From: Eledone cirrhosa | Lineage: Eukaryota | DNA: 64,000 nucleotides | Assembly: GCA_964016885.1 (NCBI GenBank) | Contig: OZ024742.1 | Coordinates: 327,174,001-327,238,000, forward strand | Direction: 5' to 3' | Part shown: in pieces, positions 1 through 60,687 of the stretch | Layout of the letters: each line of letters begins with the position of its first letter | Numbering within the stretch: position 1 is the stretch's first letter | Translations under genes and position numbers: made by a program | Notes under the pieces: generated by a model | The model's database searches: none | What the model was told of the DNA's origin: nothing | Seen by the model: the letters and a program-made list of their open reading frames with translations, nothing else

Positions 1-2737
1 TACATAAATATATATATATATTTATATATCATCATCATCATTCTTTAACGTCCATCTTCCACTCTAGCATATAATAACAAAGAAGGTGTGGTAAGATACC
101 AGGTGGACCATAACGCACCAGAGTACTCGATACTTAGGGTAATAGAGTGGAGCTCAGCCGTCGGGGTCCTGACTCTTCTCTTATATATATATATGAATTT
201 TCATAAAATTGTAGGAATCTCAGTGTGGTGGGTAGCTGTAAGCAGCTGATTGAAAGTTGGGTTAAAATATAATCACATATTAAGTGGAAGAATGGAAGGA
301 GAGAGACATTTTCTCCCTCTGTCCGTTCTTCCACTTAATATGTGGTTATATTTTAAGCTGACCTTTTGCTATGCACATAGCAATCAGCTGTTTATAGCTC
401 CCCACCACACTGAAATTCTTACAATTTTATGAAAATTCATATACAGTCATCACTTCAAACCTTTTCAGTTAATGTTTATATATATATATCTGTGTGTGTG
501 TATATTTGTGTACGTATGTATGAATTTTCTTCAGATTTCATTGTCACCAATTTATACAGTAAATTAACTTATTTTCATGTGTTTAATTTTTTTTTTACAT
601 CAACAATGAAAAATTTCTATAATATTTGATACAATAATTTGGATAGTTCCAGCAGTTGTAAAATGTACATATCCCTATTTTTCACCTAGACACAACTTTG
701 TACTTCCTTGAAAATAGACAATGAATAGAAACCTGTATATTATTGGTACTTATTTTATTGATTAGGGATTTATATCAAACCTGACATAATTAGAAAGTAT
801 AAACTTTAAAAGCCAAGGTGTCCATCAAGTTCTGAACTCTATCTATTGCTCTAAATGTTACAAATGCACACACACAGATATACACATACAGTTACACAAA
901 GACAGATGCAAAGACAGACATACACAAACAGGTTCACATACACAAAGATAGACACACACACACACACACATGATATACTGTATATATATATATCACCATC
1001 ACATCCATTCTTCCATGCTAGCATGGGTTAGATGGGTTGTCCTGTTGTGGGTAATGCCAGGTCAGGTGACCATGTCTTGCTCATACATATATATATATAT
1101 ATATATATGTAAAACAAAGCAAACAACACAGTACAATGAAGAAATATATTATTAGTTTTACGTTTGATATAGTAGGAAAAGAGGAAAAGAGTCTTAACAT
1201 TTTGAATGCTAGTCCTTTATCAGAAAATAGAAGGAAAAATTAAAGAAGAAAAATAAAAAATTGAGAAGATGGGCAGTGGCCTGTGTCATTTGCTTTGTTA
1301 TTTCTGTTTGCCTTTGGCACACACGCACACACACACACACACACAAACACCCACACACACACCCACACACATATATATACACAGTCATGTATTTGCATAT
1401 ATACACACTCATATTTGCATAATTCTGTATTGAACAGCTGATCTGATTATAATCGTTTATAAGTCTGCTGTCTGCTTCTAGATATTGTTGGTGACATTTT
1501 AAGGGAATGTGTGTAGGGGTGAATGATGAAGAAAACATGAAATAGAAAATCTTCCTGTGGTCATTACAGCTTGACAAAGATAGTTGTGGACGGTTTGTTC
1601 AATGAAGACAACCAGCTGCAGAAATATGTAGTGCTCAAATCTCTGAAACATGTAGAGTTCATATGGCTGAAAAATATTATTAAAAAAAAAATGAACATTT
1701 TTGCTATTTTGATTTTCTTGATCAATAGAAGAAGAGTAAATTATCATAATCATCGTTTTTACATTGACTTTTCCATACTTGTACAGGTTAGATGGGGCTT
1801 TGTTTTACAGTCGGATGCCCTTCCTAATAACAATCCTTTTAGTAACTTCTTATGACATACAAGAACACAGTGTAATTATTTTATACCAGATAAAAATAAA
1901 TTAATAAAATGTTACTCTTTCCTTACCATATTTCTAAAGAAAGTCACTACCAATGATTTTAAAATAATTTTGAAAATAATTGAAAATTTGGAGGTATTTT
2001 CTAATATAACTGTCTTTCTCATTAAGCTTTGTTTGGAACATAACATAAAGGTTTTTACATAAAATTATGATAGAAGGCTTTTAGATAGATATAAGCATTT
2101 TAAAATAATCAGTTTTATATTGTAGAAACCGAGTCAGTTTCAGGCAGTTTGGTATCAAAAGGATTAAAAATGTTTGTTCATTCTAAATACTAAGTTGTTT
2201 AAGCACAGGTGATCCATTCTTGCCCCAGTAGACCTATGTTTAAGGGAATTCCAGCAATGACCATACTATAATATCAAACAAATAACTAAAACTGATATGT
2301 CCACGTTAAAAAAAGGTTAAAGTTTGTTCCAAGCCTTGAGACTTATCAGACTGGTGCTTATCATGCTGGACAGGATGCTAGTCCATTGTACAGTTAACCC
2401 CAAGACATTGCTGGTACTCATTTTCAGCTGCATGGATTTGAGCAACATAAAATGAAGTGTTTTGCTCAAGAACACAACACACCATCTGGTCGAGGAATTG
2501 AACCTATGACACATGGCCTCGTTATTTCCAAGTTAGGACCTCTTTTCCAAAAGAAAAGAAATAGAGTGTGGTGCTGAAAATGAGCATCAACAACAGACTC
2601 ATTCATTTTCCTCTCATTTGAAAAAGGGGACTAACCTCAAAATATCATGAAATATAAGTTAACTGTTATTTTGTTTTTGTTACTTTAGTTTTCACTCTTC
2701 TATTTCTAAACACATATTGTACTGGATTATCAGCAAC

Positions 2738-2738
2738 A

Positions 2739-2773
<35 letters not shown>

Positions 2774-3017
2774 AATGACGACAGTGATGATGATGATAAT
2801 GATGGTGATGATGATGATGATGATGATGATGACAATAGTGATGATGATGATGATAATGATGGTGATGTTGATGTTGATGATGATGATGATGATGATGGTG
2901 ATGGGGTAATAATGTATCAATAATAACAATGATGATAACAAAGTTGTTGGTGATGATGAATTATATAAATGATAATGATGATGATGCTGATGATTTTGAA
3001 GGGGATGCTGATAATAG

Positions 3018-3054
<37 letters not shown>

Positions 3055-3055
3055 A
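2738..3055. repeat. (ATG)n microsatellite
   Basis: Long gatgatgat runs. Confidence 0.95.
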
Positions 3056-3111
3056 GCAATTAATATAAAATGCAAGGAAAATAATAAAAGGAATGATCAA
3101 CTTACTGATAT

Positions 3112-49396
<46,285 letters not shown>

Positions 49397-50072
49397 CTGA
49401 AAGGGAAATGAAATATAAATTAATAAAATACTTCATTATCTTTTTAAAAAAGTAATCTAAAACAAATTTCATTTAGAATATCATAATGGTTCCAGATTTA
49501 GGCACAAGGCCAGCAATTGTTGGGGAAGGGAAAGTCAATTAAATTGACCCCAGTTCGTGACTGGTACTTTATTTTATCAATCCCGTAAGGATGAAGAGCA
49601 AAGCTAACCATGACAGGATTTGAACTCAGAATGCAAAGGGCCGTAACTCTATGCCGTGAAGCAGGGTGTCCAACGCTCTACTGCTACTGCCAATCTTAGA
49701 ATATCATAATGACGAAAAGAAAAAAGAAAAAGAGAAGAGAAATGAAGATGGAAGAATTCTATATCCTTGGCTGGATGGTATATTTCAGTATCACCCTGTG
49801 GTCAAGATGGGCAAAAGCATTGCTGACAAGAACAGCCAGCATTACCTGCTGCTCAGCCATTCTACCTCAGAGTGATCTTTCCTTACAAAATCTATATCAG
49901 TGCTCTACCAATATGTCAAACAAGAACATCACAGCTCATTATATATTTCCTTATTAATACATTGTTTGGTTTGGAACAATTGTAATCCTACATCCATTAA
50001 CATTTCAACACCTCAATCTCATCATCTGAATGAAGTGATACTAGTACTGGTGTATGTGTGTATGGGTATATA

Positions 50073-50480
50073 TGCTGAAGAGGCCAAACTGTCCAAGTAT
50101 CGGCCACTCTTGGATAGGTTTGTAGTAGAGCCTGTAGCAGTGGAGACTTCTGACATTCTTGGCCCTCAGACCACATCTCTACTCATTGCTATCAGAGCGG
50201 AGCTGGTTGCCCGCAGGTGCAAGGTGGAGTAGCTGTTTCAGTGTGTCTCCCTCGTCATCCTCCGGGGCAATGCATTCTCCATCCTGTCAGCTGGGACCCA
50301 GAGGTGGAGGGTAAGTTAGTTGGTAGTAGAGGACACTCGTTGAGATGTCACTTCCACACATGTATTGACTACATGAAATAAATAATGAATATAAAGTATT
50401 TTACATGCGATCTATCTGGCTATTGATTTTGTATTTGTATTTTGGTATTAATAAAACTTCAATAGTTAGTCTAGTTATTT
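50073..50480 (+). mobile_element. 3' relic of a CRE/SLACS-type non-LTR retrotransposon (restriction-like endonuclease end)
   Basis: EEAKLSKYRPLLDRFVVEPVAVETSDILG...*LFQCVSLVILRGNAFSIL fits the K..KY...F.P.AVET.G and LFQRLS.AIQRGNA pattern; AATAAA downstream. Confidence 0.7.
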
Positions 50481-51792
50481 TTGTGGGATTCTATATAGAA
50501 AAGGTTTGAAGGATTCCTCAGCTGAGTCAAAGACATGACAACTTGCCTCATGCTGATGCCATGATAAAATACATTTGTTAGAGTGTGATCATATTTCTAA
50601 GTGAGATGCAGGACCTATACCTGTTTGAGCACATGGTAGAGTGCCAAAATGGGAGCAAGCAAGATGCAGGCACTCGACTCATCTGCGTACTGTCTCAGTC
50701 AGTGCTGACCTGTTGCTAGGAGCGAAAATGGATGTTAAATGATGATGAATGGTTGTGCTGTCAAGTAATTTTCTTTCATCTAATTTTATTTTTTATACTC
50801 TATCTTAATGTGTTTTGAGAGCCGAGTCAATTGATAAGATTCTATATTTGATGTAACAATTTGTCTCATTAAATATATAACTTTCATTGTCTACATTAAA
50901 ATATGTGTAGTACATTGGTTATCTGAAATACGTTCTGTGGTTTGTTAGTGTATAGTTTCATTTCGGTGATTTTGTAATACATTTTACCTATGAGTTTGTG
51001 ATTAGATATGATACATGCCAGAACTGATTTATGACATTCTTTATTGAGGTATTCATTCATTCTATAATAAGTGGGTATTTGGTCTATGTAGTAGTATATG
51101 GGGGAATATTGGCAGAGTCATTAGAATGTCGGATAGAATGTTTTATGGTATTTGTTCCGGGTCTCTTCTCTCTCAGTTCAAATCCTGCTGAGGACAACTT
51201 TGCCTTTCATTCTTTTGTGGTCGATAAAAAAAAGTACCAAATCTAGTACTGGGGTTGATTCTTCCTTTCTCTGGAAGAAATCTACTGTTCTCAGGCCTGG
51301 TGAGGGGTGGGCTCCACCAGGCTTTAAATGCCCAAGAAACGCTGTATGTCAATACAAAACCCCTACAACTCTATCAGGAGTTAAGGGACTATACCATAGC
51401 ATACCATACCAGTATATGGTACAAATATTTTTATTAGCTGTCTTTTGCATATTGACAAAGTGGCTGAAGCATTAAAATATTATATAGAATATCTTGATAT
51501 ATTTCTTCTGATTCTCTACATTCTGAGTACAAATTTAAGTTAGGTCAGCTTTATGTTTCATGTTTACAGATTCAATAAAATGAAAATGATGGCAGATATG
51601 TGAAATTGTTAGAATATTGGTTGAGTTGCCATGTGTTATCTGTTCCTGAACTTTGCTTTCTGAGTTCAAATGTTGCCAAGATGTTCAAGTCCCACTGATG
51701 ACCAAGGCTAATCACCTAACCAAGGGACTATAATTGATTATGAAAACTGCAATGGTGAGTTGAGGATTGTGGCCTCCTGTTACTGCAGTCAA

Positions 51793-52080
51793 ATGATGCT
51801 GATGATGTTGATGATCATGATGATGATGAAAGTGGTGATGCTGATGATGCTGATGATAATGATGGTGATAATGATAGTGATGCAGCTGCTGATGATGACA
51901 ATGGTGATAATCATGATGAGGAGGGTGATGATGTGTATGTTGTCTGTGAATTTGGATCTTGTGTGGTTGTAATTTGGTCTCAGTCATAAACTCCATCTCC
52001 TCCTCCTCCTCCTCCTCCTCCTCCTCCTCCTCCTCCTCCATCATCATCATCATCATCATTTTGATGATGATGATGATGAT
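51793..52080. repeat. Compound (ATG)n/(TCC)n/(ATC)n microsatellite
   Basis: Seen directly in the sequence. Confidence 0.92.
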
Positions 52081-52815
52081 CCTAGACTGTACAGAATATA
52101 CTAGGTGCATTTTATTGTGGCACCATGTTATGTTTTTTTACATAGCTGAAGAGTCCTCTTAGCCCCTTGGAAAGTTTTTTTTAATGATTAGAAGGTTTTT
52201 ATTTTATCACCAACCACTTTATAAAGTGTTTCATTTTAGTTCCAACACTAAAAAGGTTATCATATAACTGAAACAACTGAACAGTCCTCTCAGCCATTTT
52301 TGGGCATGGTTTTACAACTGGAAGACCTCCCTCTCATCATCCAGTTTACAGGGTGTACTGGGTGCATTTTTTTTGTAGAATCAATATTAGAGGAGTTGTC
52401 TTGTAGTGACTGAAGGGCTCACTCAACCTTTTTAGAACAAGTCTCTATGGCTGGAATGCTTTCCTAACATCTACCACTTGAAGAATGTATTGGGTATATT
52501 TTATCATGGCACTAGGAAGGCTATATATATATATACACATAGGCTACACACACACACACACATACACACATACATATATAATGCCAACTATGAAATGTAT
52601 GGGTAAGATGTGGTTCCTCCAAATAGTCAAGTCTTTGATCATAACAGCCAAACCAACACTTGTCTGCAAATGTAAAATGATAATGATATATAAAGAGATG
52701 AGCTAAAAAAGCGAGAAAAATATATTATGTTTGGATACTTGTGTGGGAATGTGCATATTTTGTTTACTATTTGAAGTGTTAACACTCACAGAAATTGATC
52801 CACAATAATATTCAA

Positions 52816-52868
<53 letters not shown>

Positions 52869-53419
52869 CACATATATATATATATATACACACACACATA
52901 CACGTGTGAGAATAACATTAACAGAAATATTTGAAATAAAATATTAAAGATCGCTATTGAAATGTCCTGTTTGCCATTTGAGAATGAAACTTTGGGGTTG
53001 ACTATTTTAGCAGGATGCTTCTTAAACATTGAATTACACAGATATGTGTATATATATATATCATCATCGTTTAACTTCCATTTTCCATGCTTGCATAGGT
53101 TAGTCAGGCCAGGTGACTGTGTCTTGCTCACACAGAATTGTTTCTGGCTTGGTTTCTACAGCTGATATGTCCTTCCTAATGCCAACCACATTTACAGTAT
53201 GTGCTGGGTCCTTTTTGTTGTGACGCCTACAGAACTACTTTACAGAGTGGACTGGGTGCCTTTTATTGTGGCACCATAATCTTCATTTTACAGTGTGGAC
53301 TGGGTGCCTTTTATCGTGGCACCATAATGGCCATTTTACAGAGTGGACTGGGTGCCTTTTACTGTGGCACCATAATGGTCATTTTACAGTGTAGGCTGAG
53401 CACTTTTTGTTGTGGCACC

Positions 53420-54520
53420 ATGCAACATTGCTGTTCATATACATACATCATACAATCTGCTTTTCATTTTGAGGGAAAAACCTTTAATAGCTAGCAGTGG
53501 TGGTAGATCCCTAAACTGTTTGTACCATTATAGTGGGTGGGTTAGGTAATTATATTTTATGGTGTTTTCAGCTAGTTTAGGTTTGTTGTATTTAGTTGTT
53601 GGGTAAGGAAAAATTATATAATGTTATACTTTGTTATTCAAAAGGAAATATACTTTTCTTGGACAAATATAGTATTGTTTGGTTATTTGTATTTTTTATT
53701 TTTATACCATTACAGTCCTCAAATACATCTTCATTTGACTTCTACTATATTCCTTCATCCTTTGAAGTTTTCATAAGTTATGGTCCTGTGCTTGGTTGAA
53801 TTTAAACTCAGAACACAAAGTTCTAGAACAAATACAGTAACAAAACTCATCCAACACTTTAACTAATCTGCCAATCCCCCACCCTGGACAAGTACTTTAC
53901 TTTATCAGCCCTGAATAAATGAAAAACAAAGTTCACATTCACACACATACTACAAGATTTCTATCCAATGATTTAATGGCTTTTCCAATTCACCACCCCA
54001 TGCACATATAGTCCTCAAAATACATAAACAATGAATGACTTTCATTCACTACCAATGTCTCACTGCCATGCAACATTACACTTCTCATGCAGATGTCATA
54101 ATCTACCCTTTGCTCACAGAGAAAATACTTTTACTGTTAGCAGAGTAACTCTCTCAACCTTTCCCATCCTTTTCTTACTCAGGCTACTCTGCATTCAAAG
54201 TGATCTTTTGCTAACTAGGTTCCCTGGATAACAGAAACTATCCATTACTTCTATGATACCTTATCTGGATTGGAAAGACTTTATTTTACTGCTGCTTTTA
54301 CTTCCAACTATCCCTGCACATTTGTCTTCTAACCAACTACACTGCTTGTGTACCCCTATTTTACATTGTGTATATCAGATAGAGTTTCTGGCTTATTCCT
54401 TTGCTACATATTGAGCCACTTCCATGATTGGATCAGAGTCCTGTCTTCTTTCCTACCTTCTACAACTTAATTAAGTCTTTCCTAAATTTACTCCGAGTCC
54501 TTTTGATTCTAAGTTCTGTT
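53420..54520 (-). mobile_element. Old degraded RTE fragments (53420-53530 and 54050-54520)
   Basis: Similar to 41900-42420, e.g. ctcactgccatgcaacatt and catcatacaatctgcttttcatttt. Confidence 0.6.
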
Positions 54521-54534
54521 TCCACATCACAAAT

Positions 54535-54861
54535 TTCTTCTCTATCTGTCTCTCTATCTATCTATTTATCAGTCTTTCTGTTACTCTCTCTCTCTCTCTC
54601 TTTTTGTCTGTCTTTCTCTCTCTTTCCTACTTCCTCTCCCTCCCTCTCTGTCTGTCTGTATCTATCTCTGGTTTTCTATTTATTGCCCTCGCTTTCTCTT
54701 TTCTGTCTCCCTTTTTATCTATTTATTAGTCTTTCTGTTTGTCTCTCTCTGCCCTTTTCTGTCTATATGTATCTATGTCCAGTTGTCTATTTCTCTCTCT
54801 CTCTCTCTTCAGTCTCTCTCCCTCCCTCTCTTTTCAGTCTCTGTCATGTCTCTCCCTCTTT

Positions 54862-54897
<36 letters not shown>

Positions 54898-55030
54898 CCA
54901 CTCTCTATCAGTCTATCTGTCTTTCTCTTTCTTTCCTGCTCACTCTTTCCCTTTCTATATGTATGTACAGTATATTGTCTCTTTCTTTCTCTCCCTTTCT
55001 TCCCTTCTCCTCACCCATCTTCCCCTATCT
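54535..55030. repeat. (CT)n-rich polypyrimidine tract (similar tracts at 20805-21042 and 47065-47235)
   Basis: Seen directly in the sequence. Confidence 0.9.
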
Positions 55031-56714
55031 TAAATAAATACCAAAATTATTCTGGCAGAAACTATTCACATCATCCAAAAGTCAGTTTAGTTTAGTGAGG
55101 CGGTTTATTTTCATTTGAAGATTCTAGAAAACACTGAAGTTTTCTTTGGGAAAGTTCTAGACAAATTTCCTTCCCATGTTCACATGTAATCATGGATATA
55201 TTTGGATGCAGTTGCCAAGAAACAACCCCCACATACCCCACCTGGTTCCCTTATCAACATGATGCAAAATTTCCCTTTAGAAAGGGTATGGGAGGGGTAT
55301 AGAGGGAATGGGTGGGGAGATAGTGGTGGTGGTGATGGTGGTGGTGGTGAGGGTGGGGTGTTGGAGATGGTGGGGGTGTTGGAGATGGTGGTGGTTGGAT
55401 TGGAGAGTAGAGGGTATGACTAACTGGGTATTTCCACAAGTGTAACATTAGAAGGTTAGAGAAAAAGCGGAGAGGTAGTTAGAAAGATAGATAGATAGTG
55501 TGAGGAGTGCCAGATTTAGGACAAATGAGGCCCTGTGCTAGTTAAGCAGGAAGATGTCCCCCGGCCAACTGGGCCCCGTGCTTAAGCACACCTAAGCACA
55601 ATGGTAAATCCTGCACTGAGTGTGAAAGAATGAAAGGAAAAGAGAGTGAGAGAAAGAGACAAAGAGAGAAAGAGCTGGCAGAGGGAGAGTGAGAGTAAAT
55701 GACCCCCTCCCGCCACACGCAGACACAAATATAGACACATACACAGACACACACATACACACATACACAGACTGATATATAGCAGTGATAACAACATTGT
55801 AAAAGCAGTTGAAGAACTGTTGTGTAAATACTTTGAGTGTAAAACAGTTCCATGGAACTTAAGAGTAGTTAGACTAACTATTTAACCCTTTTGTTACCAA
55901 ATCTCTAATGAAAGATATTGACAAGGATTCTGGAAATAATCAAGAATTTGAATGGACACAGTAATATAATAACAATATATTATGTGACTTTTTTTGTGAT
56001 GCATGGTATTGCTGGCAATAGGGAAGTCTCTAGCAGGACTAAAAAGCCACGTCACTGATACTCATGTGATGGCATTACTCGAAATCAAGTTGCAGCCATC
56101 ATCATGTATGCATGCATGTATGCATACATGTATGTATGTATGTATAGTAACATGTATCCCAGTACAACCTGTCTCATGGTCGGGTCGTTGGCGACTAAAC
56201 TGGCAACCCCACCAAGGTTTCTTTGTGAGGAGGGTGACTTTGGACATCCTGCAGGACTAAAAACAAAACCTGTCAAAGGGCAAAGGAGCTCTTAAGAGTC
56301 AATGGCCATCCAAAATCACCGGGAGAGATGACCCCTTAGCCTTTGTCAAGGCAGAATTCTAGGAGAAGGAAAACTCTGATATAACACCTGCAACTCTGAT
56401 GGTATCAAATGATGTTGACTTATTCTTCTTTTTGGTAAATATCATCTTGGTTAAGAGAGTGGGACTGGCTTTGTGCAGTGCCTTTGCTCACTATAAAAGC
56501 TTCACGGCACAGGCATTGCTTTATATCTGGAGATCTCTCTGCACTTGTCATCACATGGTACCATGGGCCCAGCACTGTGTCAATAATTGTCACAAGTGTA
56601 GTGTTTGGCTGGACTAAAAAGTCACACTCGTTCAGCGCATCGGTAGGGGTTCTCCTACATGGATATAAATTAGTGGCCGTACTCAAAAACGAGTTGGCAG
56701 CCACCATGTATGTA

Positions 56715-56748
<34 letters not shown>

Positions 56749-58153
56749 TGTGTGATTGTCCCTGTGTCTGTGTTTAAGTGTGATTGTTTACATCCTGTAA
56801 CTTAGTATTTTGATAAAAAGAGATTGAGAATAAATACCAGGCTTGAAAAATATGTACTAGTGCTGATACTATCAACAAAATCTGGCACGGCATGGCCACA
56901 GTCTAATGGTTGAAAAACCAGTATGAAAATAAAAGAATAACACACCAAATGACAAGAAGAAGAAAATGACGAAGAAATAAAATAAACAAATCTATAATGG
57001 TAAACATTGTATAAAGGAAGTTAATAAGGACACGTGCCCTTTGTACCTTAGATGTTTAAATGAACCAGATTCGATTCTATATCATGAAAACGTGAGGTTA
57101 ACTGAAACTTAAAACCTATTTCATGGTTCACAACACCTGTTAATATTAGTTCTCAAATTGCCCTCAAACCACAATGACATTGGATAATGTACTTTGTATG
57201 GGGTATATCATTCATGAAAATACAAAATAATATATAAATTGGCATAGAGGTTAACTTTGATCAGCTAGGTTGTTCTCCCAGAGTGAGAACATTTCCATTA
57301 CATTCCGGTTGGGTTGACCTTTGCAATCGCCTCAAGTGTGAGTGAGTCGTATGTGCTATTTCTAAGTGTGATGATGATGATTATAAGTGTGATTGGTAAA
57401 TGACCATGCTAGTTGGAATGTTTTTCATCATAGGTCAACATAGAGTTAAACAAGAAAGGGGGAGCAAAGGGGAGGAAGACTAATGATGATGAAGAAGAAG
57501 TTATGATTAGAGGCAGATTTGTTGCTATTTCTAGTAGTTTGAGTTATAATGTAAAGGCTCTTTCATTGGTCCAAATAAAGTGTATTTGTTCTTGTTTTGG
57601 TAGTGTTGATGTTGTTGGTGATGACTTTGTTGTCGTTGTATATGCTGTTGGTAGTGGTTATATTGGTGAAGTTGTTGATTTTATTATTGTTGGTGTTCTC
57701 GATGTCCATGTTTATTTTGTTGGTGTTGGTGTTGGTGTTTTTATATAATATGATAGAACATATTCCAAGCATAACCATCCTGCCTTTTTCGGGTTTAATG
57801 TGTCCCATACTACATTATTTCATGTGCTCTTCTATATCGGCGTATGATTTAAAGGAAATATTGCAACTATTTCTAGCAAATCAAGTGACCATGTAGAGGC
57901 TCCTCTGTTGGTTCAGATAAGGCATGTGATTTTGTTGTTCAGTTACTATTATATATTAGCTAATGACCCAACATTGGGTAGAGTAGCCAGCATACATATA
58001 TAGTTTACTACTACTACTACTACTACTATTGGAATGTAATACCATATGGAACAAATCAGTCCCTTATGACAAAATAGCACAAGTTTTGTATTTTGTAGTT
58101 AGAGGGAGACCTCATTTTGGTCATACATTATATATTTGGCACACACACACATA

Positions 58154-58208
<55 letters not shown>

Positions 58209-58834
58209 GAGGCACATACACACACACAACAGATATGCATTTCTGAACACACTTCTCCATCATATTTAAATTTTTCATGAAAATATTTTATTCAATTTGG
58301 GTCAAAATAGAAGAGAAGAGTGCAATCAAGGGAGGAATGGAAGTACATTGTGACCAGTAATGTATAAGGACATCTAAGAGTCTAGTCAATCCAAAGATAT
58401 AAATAGAAACACACACATTAACACACACACACATATATACATATATACAGACACACTTTCCCGTGCACACAGATTCAAACATACATCTAGTAGGCACCTC
58501 CTAAACACTATACACCCAGCCACCCACTCCTGTCCACACCACCCTTTCACTGAACAAAACATCTCCAGCCGACACTGTAAAGTTGTCATGTAGGTGTTAT
58601 GACAAAAAGCACCCAGCCCACACTGTAGAGTGGTTGTGTAGGTATCATGACAAAAAGCACCCAGCCCACACTGTAAATGTGGTTGATGTTAGGAAGGGCA
58701 TCCAGCCATAGAAACCTAGCCAGAAACTGTTCTGTATGAGCAAGACATGGTTACCTGACCCAACTTGCCTCAAATGGAAAAACCTGTCTAACCCATGCTA
58801 GCGTGGAAAATATAAGAGCCCCAGTGTAATAAAC

Positions 58835-59315
58835 TTTCCCCAATCCAGGGAAAACTCCATAGAAGTAGTTGATAGCTTCTGTTATCTAGGTGACCTATTT
58901 AGCAATGGGAAAGGTTGCTCTGAAAGTATAGTAGCTAGAATAAGAACGGAATGGAACAAGTTAAGAGTTATTGCAACTGTTGGCAACAAAAGGTTTCTTT
59001 CTATGAACAAAAGGTCGGCTGTATGACACCTGTATGTGATGTGCAATGCTGCATGGTAGTGAGATATGGACAGTGATTGCTGAAGATATGTGATGGCTGG
59101 AGGGAAATGAAACTAGCATGCTTCAATGGATGTGTGATGTTAATGTGCATGGATGAACTGAGAGAAAAACTGAGTAAAAGAGGAATCAAATGTAGTGTAC
59201 AAGAAAGAAGACTCTGCTGGCATTGACTTGTGATACTATGTGTGATGATTAGGTGAAGAAGTGCCAGGAATTCTCAGTGAAATGAAGCTGCAATAAAGAA
59301 AGACCAAAGAAGCTC
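58835..59315 (+). mobile_element. Degraded RTE LINE fragment
   Basis: Decayed IEVVDSFCYLGD, ARIRTEWNK and MLHGSE motifs with stops and frameshifts. Confidence 0.75.
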
Positions 59316-60656
59316 AAGGACACAACATGGCATTGAGAATCAAAGTCACAACCTTACAATTCTGAGCCAAACACCCTAACAATTTCAAAGGTGGAAGAAC
59401 TTTTGTCTGACAATTTACCATTTTGCCTCATTTTCATCTTAATAATAACTATTGAAATAATTTTCTAGCATAGATACTAGGATACAGTTTATGATGGGAA
59501 ATAGCTAATAATATGAATACTAGTTCTCAAGAAATAATTATTTCATCGAATGCCAGAAATATGAAAAGTTGTAGCCAACCAGATTTGAACTCAGAACATT
59601 GCTAAAAATCATTATCAAAACACAGAAATCAAGGTAGCACTAATATAAGAGATGCAAAAATGCTGAAGATTTTGAGGAAGGAGTATGGATAATGTATCTG
59701 AAAATTAGACAGGATGGTCATGTCTAGAATGTCTCCTGTCATAAATCTGCTTCCTCACTGCTTATTTGTGGCTAAACGACAACAAAAACATCAGGAAACA
59801 AAAATGAGGAGGCTGCTACACAATGGCTTGAAATGCTGTAAATAGTAACCATGTCTCACCTCATCATAGCTGAAATGCCTGTGATCATATGTCTGAATTG
59901 GTTTGGGGTTTAACAACAACAAATTTTAATTTTCAAGACTGATGATATACTGAATAGCAAAAAACTAAAGATTCATAATCTGCCTTCCTACAGTATAGGA
60001 AGCCTTAACAAAAATATTATTGTAAAGGATAAGATGGAATAAAATGACATAAAATTATCAGAAGATGATCAGAAAATCAAACAGAAGAGGATCAGAGGAT
60101 CAGATGGAAGTAAATATAAATTATTGTTCAACAGAGTCACTAATCAATGGGCCCTCTGATAAATGGAATCACAACTGAAGCAAATATAAGTTATTGATCA
60201 ATGAAGCCACTGATCAATAGCATCTCAACGGAAGAAAATATAAATTATTGATGAACTGAGTCACAGTGGATGATTATAGGGGAAGAAAAAAGTGTCTGTG
60301 TATGCCATAGTATCAATTGAGTATCAGATCACATTTGATAATGCTTGTCACTTGAGAATTCTGCCAACATTAGGTAACATCACTAACAGGTATATACATA
60401 AAGCATGCTAAGAATAAATAGAAAATAATTATAAAAAGGAGGAACATTACAAGTATAAACCTTACAGTTTTTATAGGTAAAACCAACTGGCAGTTTATTA
60501 GACCCAGAGGCAGACCCTGAGCAAGAAGGTTTGATATCATCCATGATATCGGTTGGTCTCACTTGGGGACCCAGCCGGATCATTTGGAGATAGTTGCTTC
60601 TGACAGGACCCGCTGGACTCTGCCCCAACAACCCCCTTCCACAGGAATAAGTGGGT

Positions 60657-60687
<31 letters not shown>

